Under the pieces are notes generated by a model that had not been told where the DNA came from, did no database searches, and saw only the letters and a list, made by a program, of their open reading frames with translations. From Patescibacteria group bacterium (GTDB taxonomy: Bacteria; Patescibacteriota; Saccharimonadia; Saccharimonadales; 2-12-FULL-41-12): 64,000 nt of DNA. Shown here piece by piece: positions 35,706 through 45,734 of this stretch. A program made the position numbers and the translations under genes. Each line of letters opens with the position of its first letter. The first letter of the stretch is position 1. The stretch lies in NCBI GenBank assembly GCA_038064875.1, contig JBBTSC010000001.1:315004-379003 (forward strand). Direction: 5' to 3'.

Positions 35706-38700
35706 GTAAAATTAAACATGGAATCAAAAAAGCACTCATACTGGGATCTGGCGGTCTGCGCATTGGTCAAGCCGGGGAATTTGACTACTCCGGATCGCAA
35801 GCCATAAAAGCTCTAAAAGAAGAAGGTATCTACACAATACTTATCAATCCAAACATTGCTACGGTTCAGACAGATAATGATATGGCAGACAAAGTGTATT
35901 TCCAACCTCTTCAACCAGAAGTGGTCACTAAAATAATTGAACAAGAGAGGCCTGACGCAGTCCTACTAAGTTTTGGCGGGCAAACTGCCCTGTCGCTCGG
36001 ACTTGAGCTATACGACCAAGGAGTTTTCGAGAAATTTAATGTAAGAGTCTTAGGCTCGCATGTCGATGTTATCAAAACAACCGAAGACCGAGATCTATTT
36101 AAGAAAGCTCTGGCGCAAATTGACGTAAAGACAGCCAAAAGCATGGCTGCAACAAATGTAGAGGCAGCTTGCAAAGCCGCAAAAAAGATTGGCTACCCTA
36201 TAATGATGCGGTCTGGGTTCAGCCTTGGTGGCCTCGGATCAGGACGAGTGGATAATGAGAAAGAACTTCGAGAAAAAGCGAGTGAAGTGTTCAATGCAGT
36301 CCCACAAATTTTAATCGAGGAATATTTAGCGGGCTGGAAAGAGATCGAATATGAAATCGTTAGGGATAGTAGCGGGAATACGATAGCAGTTTGCAACATG
36401 GAAAACTTTGACCCGATGGGTATCCATACTGGGGAGAGTATTGTTGTAGCTCCCAGCCAAACGCTAACAAATAACGAATACCAAATGCTCCGCGAAGTAG
36501 CGCTTAAGACAATTGATCACTTGGGAATAATTGGCGAGTGTAATATTCAATATGCGCTCAATCCTAAGACCGGGGATTATCGAGTTATAGAAGTCAATGC
36601 ACGACTTTCTAGGTCAAGCGCTCTTGCATCAAAAGCTACAGGATATCCACTCGCTTTTGTGGCTGCAAAGTTAATGCTAGGATACAAGCTCTACGAAATA
36701 AAAAATTCTGTTACTAAAAACACTTCTGCGTTCTTTGAACCAGCTCTGGATTATATTGCGCTCAAAGTACCCCGTTGGGATTTGGCAAAACTAAAATCAA
36801 GTGACCACAATATAGGATCTGAGATGAAAAGCGTCGGTGAAGTAATGGCGCTTGGACGATCCTTCCCAGAAGTTCTGCAAAAAGCAATTCGCATGCTTAA
36901 TATTGGAGCAGAAGGCTTAACTTCGCATCCGTATGACTTTGATGATCCAATTAGCGAAATAAAAGTTGCTACTGATCGAAGAATTTTTGCTATCTATGAA
37001 GCAATGAACAGCGGAAGAAGTGTTGAACAAGTTCATAATGATTCAAAGATAGACAAATGGTTCTTGCATCATCTGAAAGATATCGTAGATTTAAATAAAA
37101 GACTAAAAGATATAAATCCTGAAAAACTTCTTGAGGCCAAACGATTAGGATTCTCTGACAAAATTATCGCAGAGCGATCGAAAAAAAGTGAAAAGTCTGT
37201 TCGAAAACTACGTCAAGACAACAAAATAATACCTGCAATAAAATTGATTGACACACTTGCCGGTGAATTTGATGCAACAACAAATTACCTATACCTAACT
37301 TACCATGGTACGACTAATGACGTTACGCCTCTTGGCAAGAAGTCTTCTATGGTGCTTGGTTCTGGGCCTTACTGCATAGGATCTTCTGTGGAATTTGACT
37401 GGTGTGCGGTTAACACTGCAAAGACGTTGAGAAAAAATAAAATAAAAACTATCATTGTTAATTCAAATCCAGAGACCGTTTCCACTGATTTTGACAGATC
37501 GGACAGACTTTATTTTGACGAATTAACACATGAGAGAATATCTGATATCTTAGATTTTGAAAACTCTGGATATGTTATTGTATCTGTTGGTGGACAAATA
37601 GCGAATAATCTATCTACCAAGTTGGCTAATTCTGGCTACAAAATACTCGGTACGAGTGCGAAGAACATTGATCGCGCTGAAGACCGTCAAAAGTTCTCAA
37701 GTATGCTTGGAAAATTAAATGTAGACCAGCCAAAATGGATACACGCAAGCTCACTGTCTGTAGTCAAAAAATTTGCAAAAGAGACAGGTTACCCACTACT
37801 TATCAGACCATCCTATGTTTTGTCTGGTGGAGCAATGAACGTAGTCAACAACGACAGAGAAATGACAGAATATATAGCTCAGGCAACCAAGTTGTCGCCA
37901 GACCATCCAGTAGTTGTCTCAGAATTTATTCTTGGAGCAAAAGAACTTGAAATAGACGGTGTTGCTAAAGATGGGAAACTCGTCATCTACGCCATTTCTG
38001 AACATATAGAGAACGCGGGCGTCCACTCAGGCGATGCGACTATAATGTATCCTGCTCAGAGAATTTATCTTGAGACTGTTCGTGAAGCGAAAAGCATCAC
38101 AAAGAAGATAATAAAAAACTTAGATATAACTGGACCATTTAATATCCAATTTATTGCTAAAAATAATGAGATCAAAGTTATAGAATGCAATGTCCGTGCG
38201 TCAAGATCGTTCCCTTTTGTCTCCAAAACAAGTGGCTACAACTTTATACAGATAGCGACAGAAGCGATGATCGGCAAGCTCAAAAAACAAGAGTATAAGA
38301 CACTAGAACTTGACCATGTCGGAATAAAAAGCCCTCAATTTTCATACAACCGCCTTAAAGGTGCAGACCCAGTTGCTGGTGTAGAGATGGCTTCAACAGG
38401 CGAAGTTGCTTGCTTTGGCAAAGACTTAAATGAAGCTTTTTATAGATCATGGTTGGCAACTGATCAAAAAGTACAGGGAAAGAAGATTTTCCTAAGTATC
38501 CCAGACCAAGATAAATTCAAATTTATTGATGTGTCTGAAAAACTAGTGAACAATGGCTGGGAGATATACTCTACAAAAGGTACTTATGATTTTCTAAAGG
38601 CTAATGGCATCAAAGCAAAGTTACTCTACAGGATTCAAGAAAATAAGGAACCGAATATCAAAACATTTACTGACAAAGGTGAGATATCACTTGTCGTATC

Positions 38701-38878
38701 CGTACCTTCGCCCAATGACGTCAGTACACCACATGCTTATCGAATCCGTAGACTTGCCATAGATAACCATGTACCAATCCTGACCAATGCCCAATCCGGA
38801 AGAATCCTGCTGGATTGTTTAGCAGAAAATGGTTCGATGGCCAAAGAAGTCCACGACTCTAGTTACTATCTAAAATAA
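35702..38878 (+). CDS. carB: carbamoyl-phosphate synthase large subunit
   Basis: 1058 aa. Duplicated ATP-grasp halves (GQAGEFDYSG / GSSVEFDWC) and a C-terminal MGS-like domain. Confidence 0.95.
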   Translation: MSKIKHGIKKALILGSGGLRIGQAGEFDYSGSQAIKALKEEGIYTILINPNIATVQTDNDMADKVYFQPLQPEVVTKIIEQERPDAVLLSFGGQTALSLGLELYDQGVFEKFNVRVLGSHVDVIKTTEDRDLFKKALAQIDVKTAKSMAATNVEAACKAAKKIGYPIMMRSGFSLGGLGSGRVDNEKELREKASEVFNAVPQILIEEYLAGWKEIEYEIVRDSSGNTIAVCNMENFDPMGIHTGESIVVAPSQTLTNNEYQMLREVALKTIDHLGIIGECNIQYALNPKTGDYRVIEVNARLSRSSALASKATGYPLAFVAAKLMLGYKLYEIKNSVTKNTSAFFEPALDYIALKVPRWDLAKLKSSDHNIGSEMKSVGEVMALGRSFPEVLQKAIRMLNIGAEGLTSHPYDFDDPISEIKVATDRRIFAIYEAMNSGRSVEQVHNDSKIDKWFLHHLKDIVDLNKRLKDINPEKLLEAKRLGFSDKIIAERSKKSEKSVRKLRQDNKIIPAIKLIDTLAGEFDATTNYLYLTYHGTTNDVTPLGKKSSMVLGSGPYCIGSSVEFDWCAVNTAKTLRKNKIKTIIVNSNPETVSTDFDRSDRLYFDELTHERISDILDFENSGYVIVSVGGQIANNLSTKLANSGYKILGTSAKNIDRAEDRQKFSSMLGKLNVDQPKWIHASSLSVVKKFAKETGYPLLIRPSYVLSGGAMNVVNNDREMTEYIAQATKLSPDHPVVVSEFILGAKELEIDGVAKDGKLVIYAISEHIENAGVHSGDATIMYPAQRIYLETVREAKSITKKIIKNLDITGPFNIQFIAKNNEIKVIECNVRASRSFPFVSKTSGYNFIQIATEAMIGKLKKQEYKTLELDHVGIKSPQFSYNRLKGADPVAGVEMASTGEVACFGKDLNEAFYRSWLATDQKVQGKKIFLSIPDQDKFKFIDVSEKLVNNGWEIYSTKGTYDFLKANGIKAKLLYRIQENKEPNIKTFTDKGEISLVVSVPSPNDVSTPHAYRIRRLAIDNHVPILTNAQSGRILLDCLAENGSMAKEVHDSSYYLK

Positions 38879-40003
38879 TTAGGCGGCGACTGGCATAGCA
38901 GAATTCTTCTGCTTGTGACTTTTCAGGTACTTTTTGACCTGAGCTCTGCCTTTTGGAGCACTAGTTGCATTTTCTACAGTCCCCTCTATAACTGTAAGAA
39001 TATTTTGACCATACGCTCTGTGCAACTCAGCTTCAAGTTCTTCCATAGCAGGAGTTCCAGCAACAGGATCTTCATTTTCAAAATATGCTCTAACAAATAA
39101 CTCTGGATCAAGCTTGAATTTTCCGCTATAAATAAGATCAGTTAATATATCTCTTTCTTCAGGATAGCAAGCATTATGTTTTGGGTAACCATAAAGCCCC
39201 AGATTAATACGCTCTGTTTGAGCTTCATTAATTAACCTATTGATTGGATTACCTTTTGCATCATAGCGCTCAAGGCCCAATCTCGTCTCTTGAAATTTTC
39301 TTACAATCCTACCGGATGATGCTTCATCAACTAACTGTATGGATCTACCTGAAGTTGCATGGATAGCTTCGTGAGAAACAATACGATCGCGCAAGGTGAA
39401 AGCATCCTCATCTAGACCTATGGAAATATGAGAATCTACTAATGAGTATCTACCGTACGTGTATTTGCCAAATGGTTTATCATCTGTCTTTTTACTCATA
39501 AGAAGTCTCTGCATAAAGTCATAGTAGCCTACACTTGTACGTGCAAGACGTTCCTCAACAACACTAGTTGAAACAAATGGATACTTGTCTACAAGAAGAT
39601 TCCCGAATTCTTCAATGAGCTGATCCATGCGTCCGGCAAGTGCATCTGTTTCGGCTTCATAATGTTCAACATATCGTCTAAGCCACCGAGTAAATTTTTG
39701 ATCTCCACCGTTCCCTGGTGTTAGGTCGTCTAAGCCACCGAATTTCTCAATAATTGGAGCCATGGCTTGAGGATACCTATTCTGCATGATAATGAAATTA
39801 GATTTTACCCATCCAGGCGCTAAAGAGCCGGGCCCTAGTCGACCTAACACTTCCCTGCCAAATATCTGAATTTTTTCATTATTTTGTGACACATCATCTA
39901 AATGCTCCAAATACCTTGGGTCATTTACTGCTACTTGCTCGACATCAGGGTTTATAAGCTCAGGCAAGCGATCAGCCACCTCACCAGAATAAACTACACT
40001 CAT
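38879..40003 (-). CDS. hypothetical cytoplasmic protein with HExxH motif
   Basis: 374 aa. No signal peptide or TM helix. VSHEAIHATSG, plus NEAQTE about 50 aa downstream. Its stop abuts the carB stop (TAA|TTA). Confidence 0.45.
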   Translation of the reverse strand: MSVVYSGEVADRLPELINPDVEQVAVNDPRYLEHLDDVSQNNEKIQIFGREVLGRLGPGSLAPGWVKSNFIIMQNRYPQAMAPIIEKFGGLDDLTPGNGGDQKFTRWLRRYVEHYEAETDALAGRMDQLIEEFGNLLVDKYPFVSTSVVEERLARTSVGYYDFMQRLLMSKKTDDKPFGKYTYGRYSLVDSHISIGLDEDAFTLRDRIVSHEAIHATSGRSIQLVDEASSGRIVRKFQETRLGLERYDAKGNPINRLINEAQTERINLGLYGYPKHNACYPEERDILTDLIYSGKFKLDPELFVRAYFENEDPVAGTPAMEELEAELHRAYGQNILTVIEGTVENATSAPKGRAQVKKYLKSHKQKNSAMPVAA

Positions 40004-40071
40004 TATAGCGATATTATATAACTTTTATGAACTATTTACAATGATATATTATAAATTTTTTCGTCTTTAGA

Positions 40072-41439
40072 CTAGCCAATACAGACTGATTTGATATTAA
40101 CAAATTCTTTGATGCCGTAATGAGAGAGCTCGCGACCATAACCTGATTTCTTGACTCCACCAAATGGTACTTTGGGATCAGATTTTATATGTGAATTTAT
40201 AAAGACACATCCTGTATCTAATCTACTAGCAATTTCTTCAGCTTTTTGTTGATCTGCCGTAAACACGCTACCGCCAAGACCATAGATGCTTGAATTAGCT
40301 AACTCTATAGCTTGGTCAACACTATCGACAGCAATTATCGGCATAACTGGACCAAAGAGTTCCTCGGCCATAGCTGGCATATCTGGGTTCACATCAACAA
40401 GTACCGTAGGTTCATAATAATACCCCGTTTCACCCCAAGACTTACCTCCTGCGATGACCTTTGCTCCTGCTTCAACTGACCGCTCAACCTGGGCTTTAAT
40501 CTCATCAAACATCTTCTTGTTTGCCATTGGCCCTACTGTAGTAGCCGAATCTAGCGGGTCGCCAATTTTTAACTTTGCCACCTCGAACTTAACTTTTTCT
40601 ACAAACTGATCAAAAACTGGTTTCTCTATGATAAAACGTTTGGCAGCGATGCAACTCTGACCTGCGTTAAATTGCATCCTAGCTGAAACTGCAACCTGCG
40701 CTGCTTTGTCCAAATCAGCATCTGCCAGCACGATAAACGGATCGCTTCCACCAAGTTCCATAACTGACTTTTTAATTTCTTGACCAGCAGTTCCTGCCAC
40801 CGCCATCCCAGCTCGTTCACTACCAGTTAATGTTACTGCTTTGACCCTATCATCTCTTATGATCGATTCAACTTTTTGTGTCTCGATAGGTAAATTGTAA
40901 AATACACCCTCTGGCAATCCAGCTTCTAAAAACACATCCTCGATGGCCTGAGCAGAAAGCGCGACATTTGACGCATGTTTTAATAGCCCAACATTTCCTG
41001 CCATCAAAGCAGGCGCTGCAAAACGAAAGACTTGCCAAAAAGGAAAGTTCCAAGGCATAACAGCTAGCACAATTCCTATTGGGTCAAATCGTGCATAAGC
41101 TTTACCAGAGTCAACATCTATATGTTCAGGTGCAAGGAATGTGCTCGCATTTTGTGCATAATATTCACAAACTCCAGCACATTTTTCTACCTCAGCCTCA
41201 GCAGCAACAAGAGTCTTGCCCATCTCATCTGTAATAATTTTAGCTAGCTCAGATTTTTTTCTACGGAGTACCTCGGCTGTTTTATTTAAGTATTTTGCTC
41301 TCTCATCAAACCCAAGCCTTGACCACTGCTCGTAGGCACTTTGGCTCTTTGTAATACGGTCCTTTATAGATGCATCATCAAGTACATCAATTTCTGAAAA
41401 AACTTCGCCGTTTTTTGGATTTATTGATTGGAGCGCCAT
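40072..41439 (-). CDS. NAD(P)-dependent succinate-semialdehyde dehydrogenase (YneI/Sad-type ALDH)
   Basis: VMPWNFPFWQVFRFAAPALMAGNVGLLKHASNV, ELGGSDP and NAGQSCIAAKR closely match the E. coli YneI blocks as I recall them. Confidence 0.85.
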   Translation of the reverse strand: MALQSINPKNGEVFSEIDVLDDASIKDRITKSQSAYEQWSRLGFDERAKYLNKTAEVLRRKKSELAKIITDEMGKTLVAAEAEVEKCAGVCEYYAQNASTFLAPEHIDVDSGKAYARFDPIGIVLAVMPWNFPFWQVFRFAAPALMAGNVGLLKHASNVALSAQAIEDVFLEAGLPEGVFYNLPIETQKVESIIRDDRVKAVTLTGSERAGMAVAGTAGQEIKKSVMELGGSDPFIVLADADLDKAAQVAVSARMQFNAGQSCIAAKRFIIEKPVFDQFVEKVKFEVAKLKIGDPLDSATTVGPMANKKMFDEIKAQVERSVEAGAKVIAGGKSWGETGYYYEPTVLVDVNPDMPAMAEELFGPVMPIIAVDSVDQAIELANSSIYGLGGSVFTADQQKAEEIASRLDTGCVFINSHIKSDPKVPFGGVKKSGYGRELSHYGIKEFVNIKSVCIG

Positions 41440-41465
41440 ATATTCCCCCGACCTCTATGGTCTGT

Positions 41466-43106
41466 TTAAAGTTTACTTTCAACTCTGGCTTTGAGCCCAG
41501 AACCGAATTCTTCATTATTCATACTGTAGTCAATAGACAAATCTATAAGATGCACACCCTTTTGGTTAATGCATTTCTCTATAAGTGGCTTGAATTCTTT
41601 TGCTGATTCTACTTTGTGACCTTTTGCACCAAAACTATCTGCCAACTTAACAAAGTCTGGATTGCCAAAGTCCAAGCCAAATTTTGGCAAGTTCATGCCC
41701 TCTTGTTTCCATTTGATCATCCCGTAACCATTGTCATTGAGTATGATTACCACCATATCCAGCTTCAATCTAACTGCTGTCTCAAGATCTGCCAAATTCA
41801 TCATAAATCCACCATCTCCAGCAACGACAACCACCTTATTCTGTGGATTCAAAAGCTTGGTCGCGATCCCTACTGGTAACCCTGCACCCATGGTCGCAAG
41901 GGCGTTGTCGAGTAACACGCTATTTTGCTCATAAGCTGGATAATTTCTTGCTACCCAAATCTTGTACATACCATTATCTAGTGACAAAAACGCGTCTCTA
42001 GGCAGAGATTCACGTAGCTCATAAACAAATCTCTTTGGATGTATCGGAAAGCGCGGGTCATCAACATTACTGTTGATATCTTCAATCATATTTTTCTTTA
42101 TAGCAAAGTAATGCCTGAAATCCCACTTTGGCAAATCATCAAGTTGCTCAGATATTGCTCTTAGTGCTTGGGCAATATCACCTATAACCTCAATATCTGG
42201 CCTGTAAACATCGTCCATGTCAGCCGGATAGAAATTGATGTGGATAATTTTTTGGCTATTTTTAGCGAGAACGGGTGGCTTTTCGGTAATATCATGTCCA
42301 ATCATAATGATTAGATCAGCCGACAAAATAGCATGGTGCATAAAATCATGACTAGTAAGAGCGGTGGTGCCAAGGTACAAACGAGAACTTTCATCCTCTA
42401 CGCCTTTACCCATCTGAGAGGTTATAAAAGGAATACCTGTAAGTTCCAAGAACTTATGGAGCTCACCCCGCACCCATTTTCTGTTGGCTCCGGCTGCTAT
42501 CACTACCACTGGCATTTTTGCATTTTTGATAGCCAGCACTGCAGACTCTACTGTTGACTGATCAGCATCTGGCCGACGAACCTCGTGCCAAGGGATAGGA
42601 AGCGCATCAGTCTCTTCTTCTGCTATATCTTCTGGAAGTTCAATATGCACAGCACCCGGACGTTCATCTTCTGCAGTTCTGACTGCCTGATAAACGGTGG
42701 TTGCTATTCGGTCACCACTTACAATAGTTTCACTCATCTTAGTAATTGGTTTCATCATCCCGACAACATCTATAATTTGAAATTTACCTTGTTTGCTTTT
42801 TTTGATAGGTTTTTGGCCTGTTATAACAAGCAATGGCATTCCACCCAGCTGAGCATATGCTACCCCTGTAACCAAATTTGTCGCACCTGGCCCCAAAGTT
42901 GACAAGGCAACACCCACTCTCCCTGTCAGCCTACCAACCGTTGCAGCCATAAAAACGGCCGCTTGCTCATCTCTTGTTGTGATGAGCCTAATTGTTGAAC
43001 TACGAATTGCTTCTAAAAATGCTAAATTTTCCTCACCTGGTACTCCAAAAATATATTCTACTCCTGAAGCTTCTAAGCTTTCTACAAATAGTTCGGCTGC
43101 TCGCAA
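41466..43106 (-). CDS. thiamine-diphosphate enzyme of the acetolactate synthase/2-oxoacid decarboxylase family
   Basis: 546 aa. N-terminal GVEYIFGVPGEEN and TPP motif GDGGFMMN...NDNGYG. TTG start with SD GGAGGG 8 nt upstream. 26 nt upstream of the SSADH gene. Confidence 0.8.
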   Translation of the reverse strand: MRAAELFVESLEASGVEYIFGVPGEENLAFLEAIRSSTIRLITTRDEQAAVFMAATVGRLTGRVGVALSTLGPGATNLVTGVAYAQLGGMPLLVITGQKPIKKSKQGKFQIIDVVGMMKPITKMSETIVSGDRIATTVYQAVRTAEDERPGAVHIELPEDIAEEETDALPIPWHEVRRPDADQSTVESAVLAIKNAKMPVVVIAAGANRKWVRGELHKFLELTGIPFITSQMGKGVEDESSRLYLGTTALTSHDFMHHAILSADLIIMIGHDITEKPPVLAKNSQKIIHINFYPADMDDVYRPDIEVIGDIAQALRAISEQLDDLPKWDFRHYFAIKKNMIEDINSNVDDPRFPIHPKRFVYELRESLPRDAFLSLDNGMYKIWVARNYPAYEQNSVLLDNALATMGAGLPVGIATKLLNPQNKVVVVAGDGGFMMNLADLETAVRLKLDMVVIILNDNGYGMIKWKQEGMNLPKFGLDFGNPDFVKLADSFGAKGHKVESAKEFKPLIEKCINQKGVHLIDLSIDYSMNNEEFGSGLKARVESKL

Positions 43107-43207
43107 AGTACTATTCCCTCCATATTTGTTTTACCAAGTTTCACTATTATTATTATATAACTTTTATCTGATAATTGTTGCGCGTTGCAACTTTTTACAA
43201 CAAAGAA

Positions 43208-43236
43208 TAACCTCGCAACTAATAGCTACGAGGTTA
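43208..43236 (-). terminator. hairpin downstream of the aquaporin gene
   Basis: taacctcg (43208-43215) pairs with cgaggtta (43229-43236) across a 13-nt loop. A partially U-rich tract follows on the minus strand. Confidence 0.35.
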
Positions 43237-43251
43237 CTGATGCAGATACCT

Positions 43252-43878
43252 TTATTTTTTTGGTGTTGTTCCTGCTATTTGGTCATACAGCATAAAACCA
43301 ACTGCACTTCCGAAAAATGGCCCTACAATGTGTAGCCACGTAAAGCTAGCACTTGATAGAGCAACTGCAGGATTTAGAAAAGCACTGTAGCCAAAGAGAC
43401 TGGCAAAAAGTAGACCAATCAATAACGAGCCACCGACAAGCGCACCCGCTTCAAGACCTTGCTTCTTCTGGTTGACTACGGCTGCTACACCGAATCCGAA
43501 CAGAACCATGCCTAATGCTTCTAGTGAAAATGTCCTACTAAATGTCTCTGTAAAATTCTCTGCTACAGTGAACTGACTCGGAAGAACATCTGCCACACGC
43601 GCTGCGACTACAGCAAGTAGCGCCCCGACTGATTGCGCAATAACATATTGCACTGCAAGTGCCCCCTTGATCCTTCTTGTCGCCCACAGGCCAAAAGTAA
43701 CTGCAGGATTAACGTGTCCACCACTTATTGGACCGATTAATGCTACTCCCATTGCTAAAGCAAATGGACCAGCCAAACTAAACCCAACTCCTGCTGACGC
43801 TAAAACTGCTATCGTCAGTATGAAAGTTGCTATAAATTCAGCAGCCAGTGCTGAATAATTTGTTGTTGTCTTCGCCAT
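43252..43878 (-). CDS. MIP-family channel (aquaporin/glycerol facilitator-like)
   Basis: Two NPA boxes (GGHVNPAVT and FLNPAVAL). Six TM helices. 208 aa. Confidence 0.88.
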   Translation of the reverse strand: MAKTTTNYSALAAEFIATFILTIAVLASAGVGFSLAGPFALAMGVALIGPISGGHVNPAVTFGLWATRRIKGALAVQYVIAQSVGALLAVVAARVADVLPSQFTVAENFTETFSRTFSLEALGMVLFGFGVAAVVNQKKQGLEAGALVGGSLLIGLLFASLFGYSAFLNPAVALSSASFTWLHIVGPFFGSAVGFMLYDQIAGTTPKK

Positions 43879-43984
43879 GATATTCCCCTCTCATTTTTAG
43901 TGATATCATAAACTTATATATACACCCCTTGATATAACAAGTAAATAGATCTGTCAAAAATTAGCATGAGTTATCCACAGGCGC

Positions 43985-44974
43985 CTAAAGTATAACGGTG
44001 AACGTAGTTCCTTCACTCTTTTTACTAGTTACGGTAAGTGTCCCTTTGTGATTTTCGATTATTTCCTTGGCAATAGCCAGGCCAAGACCATGTCCTCCTG
44101 ACTGCCCATCTTTTTTGCGAGAATCGTCAGCTCTGTAAAATCTGTCGAAGATACGATCTATATCCTTGCGACCGATCCCCTTGCCATAATCTTTAATCTC
44201 AATCACCTGATGATCAGCTCTTTTAAATCCACGTATATCTACTTGAGATTTTTCATCACTGTACTTTATCGCATTATCTACTAAAGCTAGAACCGCTCTT
44301 TCAATTAGTTGCTGGTTGCCCCGCACTACACCTAAATCTTCAATGTCTACATTAATCTGTATTGATTTTTTTAGTGCTATAGATTCAGATGTTTTTACGA
44401 CAGAACTGATAACTTCATTTAGACTAACTTCTCCTTTATTGAGAGAATTTGCTTGTACTGATAGTGTAAGTAGCCCTTCTGTTAAATTAATAAGTCTATC
44501 TACCTCTTCTAGATTACTTTGTATTTGAGCCTTTGCTTCACCAAGTTTATTTTCTGAATTGTCTAGAAATATCTCATTTTCTATTTTCATAGCTGACAAT
44601 GGAGTCCTCAGATCATGAGCTGCATCAGCTGTGAATTGTTCTAACTTTTCTTTTGACTCCTCTATTGGCTTAAGTGTCTGCAGTGCAAAAAGGTAGGAGA
44701 GAATACCGCCGAAAGAAAGCAAGATGGCATTCACTACAATTAATCTTATGACCAAGCTGGAACGCAAATCGTCAAGAACTCGCTCTCTAATCTCTCTGTC
44801 AATTATTTGAATTTCTCTCCCGATTTTTAGTCCTGGCTGAGGATTTCTTGTGAGTCCGTGCTCAACTTCACGCAAACTTGTATTATAAAAAGCCACACTA
44901 AAAACAAAGCAAATACTAGCTAGAATTGTTAGGTATAGCAAGGCGAGCTTTAAGGCATTTCTGTTGAGTGTCAT
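43985..44974 (-). CDS. sensor histidine kinase (HisKA + HATPase_c)
   Basis: H box FTADAAHDLRTPL, N box LVDNAIKY and G box GGHGLGLAIAKEI. Two N-terminal TM helices. Confidence 0.88.
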   Translation of the reverse strand: MTLNRNALKLALLYLTILASICFVFSVAFYNTSLREVEHGLTRNPQPGLKIGREIQIIDREIRERVLDDLRSSLVIRLIVVNAILLSFGGILSYLFALQTLKPIEESKEKLEQFTADAAHDLRTPLSAMKIENEIFLDNSENKLGEAKAQIQSNLEEVDRLINLTEGLLTLSVQANSLNKGEVSLNEVISSVVKTSESIALKKSIQINVDIEDLGVVRGNQQLIERAVLALVDNAIKYSDEKSQVDIRGFKRADHQVIEIKDYGKGIGRKDIDRIFDRFYRADDSRKKDGQSGGHGLGLAIAKEIIENHKGTLTVTSKKSEGTTFTVIL

Positions 44975-44978
44975 CTAA

Positions 44979-45659
44979 TCATTTCTCTCCAAAGTAGTAC
45001 CCAAAACCTCTTTTTGTATGGATCAATGCGCCCAATTCAGAAAATGGTTTTTCGATCTTTTCTCTCAAATAATTTATATAAACCTCTACGGTACTTGGCA
45101 GTACATTGCTATCAAAATCCCAGACATTTTCTATAAGTGCCTCTTTACTAACAACAATGTCAGGATGCCTCATGAAATATTCCAGAAGGGCAAACTCTTT
45201 GCTGGATAATTCAATCTCTTTATCTGCGCGATGCACAGTTTTTTTCCTAACATCTAGGCTTAGTCCGGATATTTCTAGTACTTCTGAGAGTCCTGCCTTT
45301 GGCCTACGAAGTAATGCTCTCACTCGTGCTAAAAGTTCAAGATATGAAAATGGTTTTGCCAAATAATCATCTGCTCCGGCATTAAGTCCCTCTGCTTTAT
45401 CGAGTATTTTGTCTTTTGCTGTTAAAAATAAGACTGGTGTTTGATTGCCAGATTTTCTTATCTTCTTTAATAACCCAAGACCATCTACTCCGCCCGGGAG
45501 CATTCGATCTAGTATTATCAAATCGTAATTAAAACTATCGATGTACCCATCCGCTTCTTCCGTATCATAGCCAATATCAACCGCATACGACTGACGGCTT
45601 AAACCTCTCTTGATGGCACCTGCTATCTTCTGATCATCCTCAACTACGAGTATCCTCAT
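44979..45659 (-). CDS. OmpR-family DNA-binding response regulator
   Basis: Receiver domain (ILVVEDD, LIILDRMLPG) plus a winged-helix output domain (RGFGYYF). Confidence 0.9.
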   Translation of the reverse strand: MRILVVEDDQKIAGAIKRGLSRQSYAVDIGYDTEEADGYIDSFNYDLIILDRMLPGGVDGLGLLKKIRKSGNQTPVLFLTAKDKILDKAEGLNAGADDYLAKPFSYLELLARVRALLRRPKAGLSEVLEISGLSLDVRKKTVHRADKEIELSSKEFALLEYFMRHPDIVVSKEALIENVWDFDSNVLPSTVEVYINYLREKIEKPFSELGALIHTKRGFGYYFGEK

Positions 45660-45734
45660 ACGCTTATTATACCTCCTTGGTCTTCGTACCGCATCTATCG
45701 TACGGCACGAAGATACTTTTATATAGCCTTTATA

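Noticed and set aside
43150-43200. GTTGCAAC palindrome and repeated gttgc upstream of the TPP-enzyme gene as a shared operator with the Zur region (ttgcaac at 19748-19754)
   Set aside because: The two sites share only a 7-mer, which may be chance in AT-rich DNA. There is not enough evidence to call it a regulatory site.
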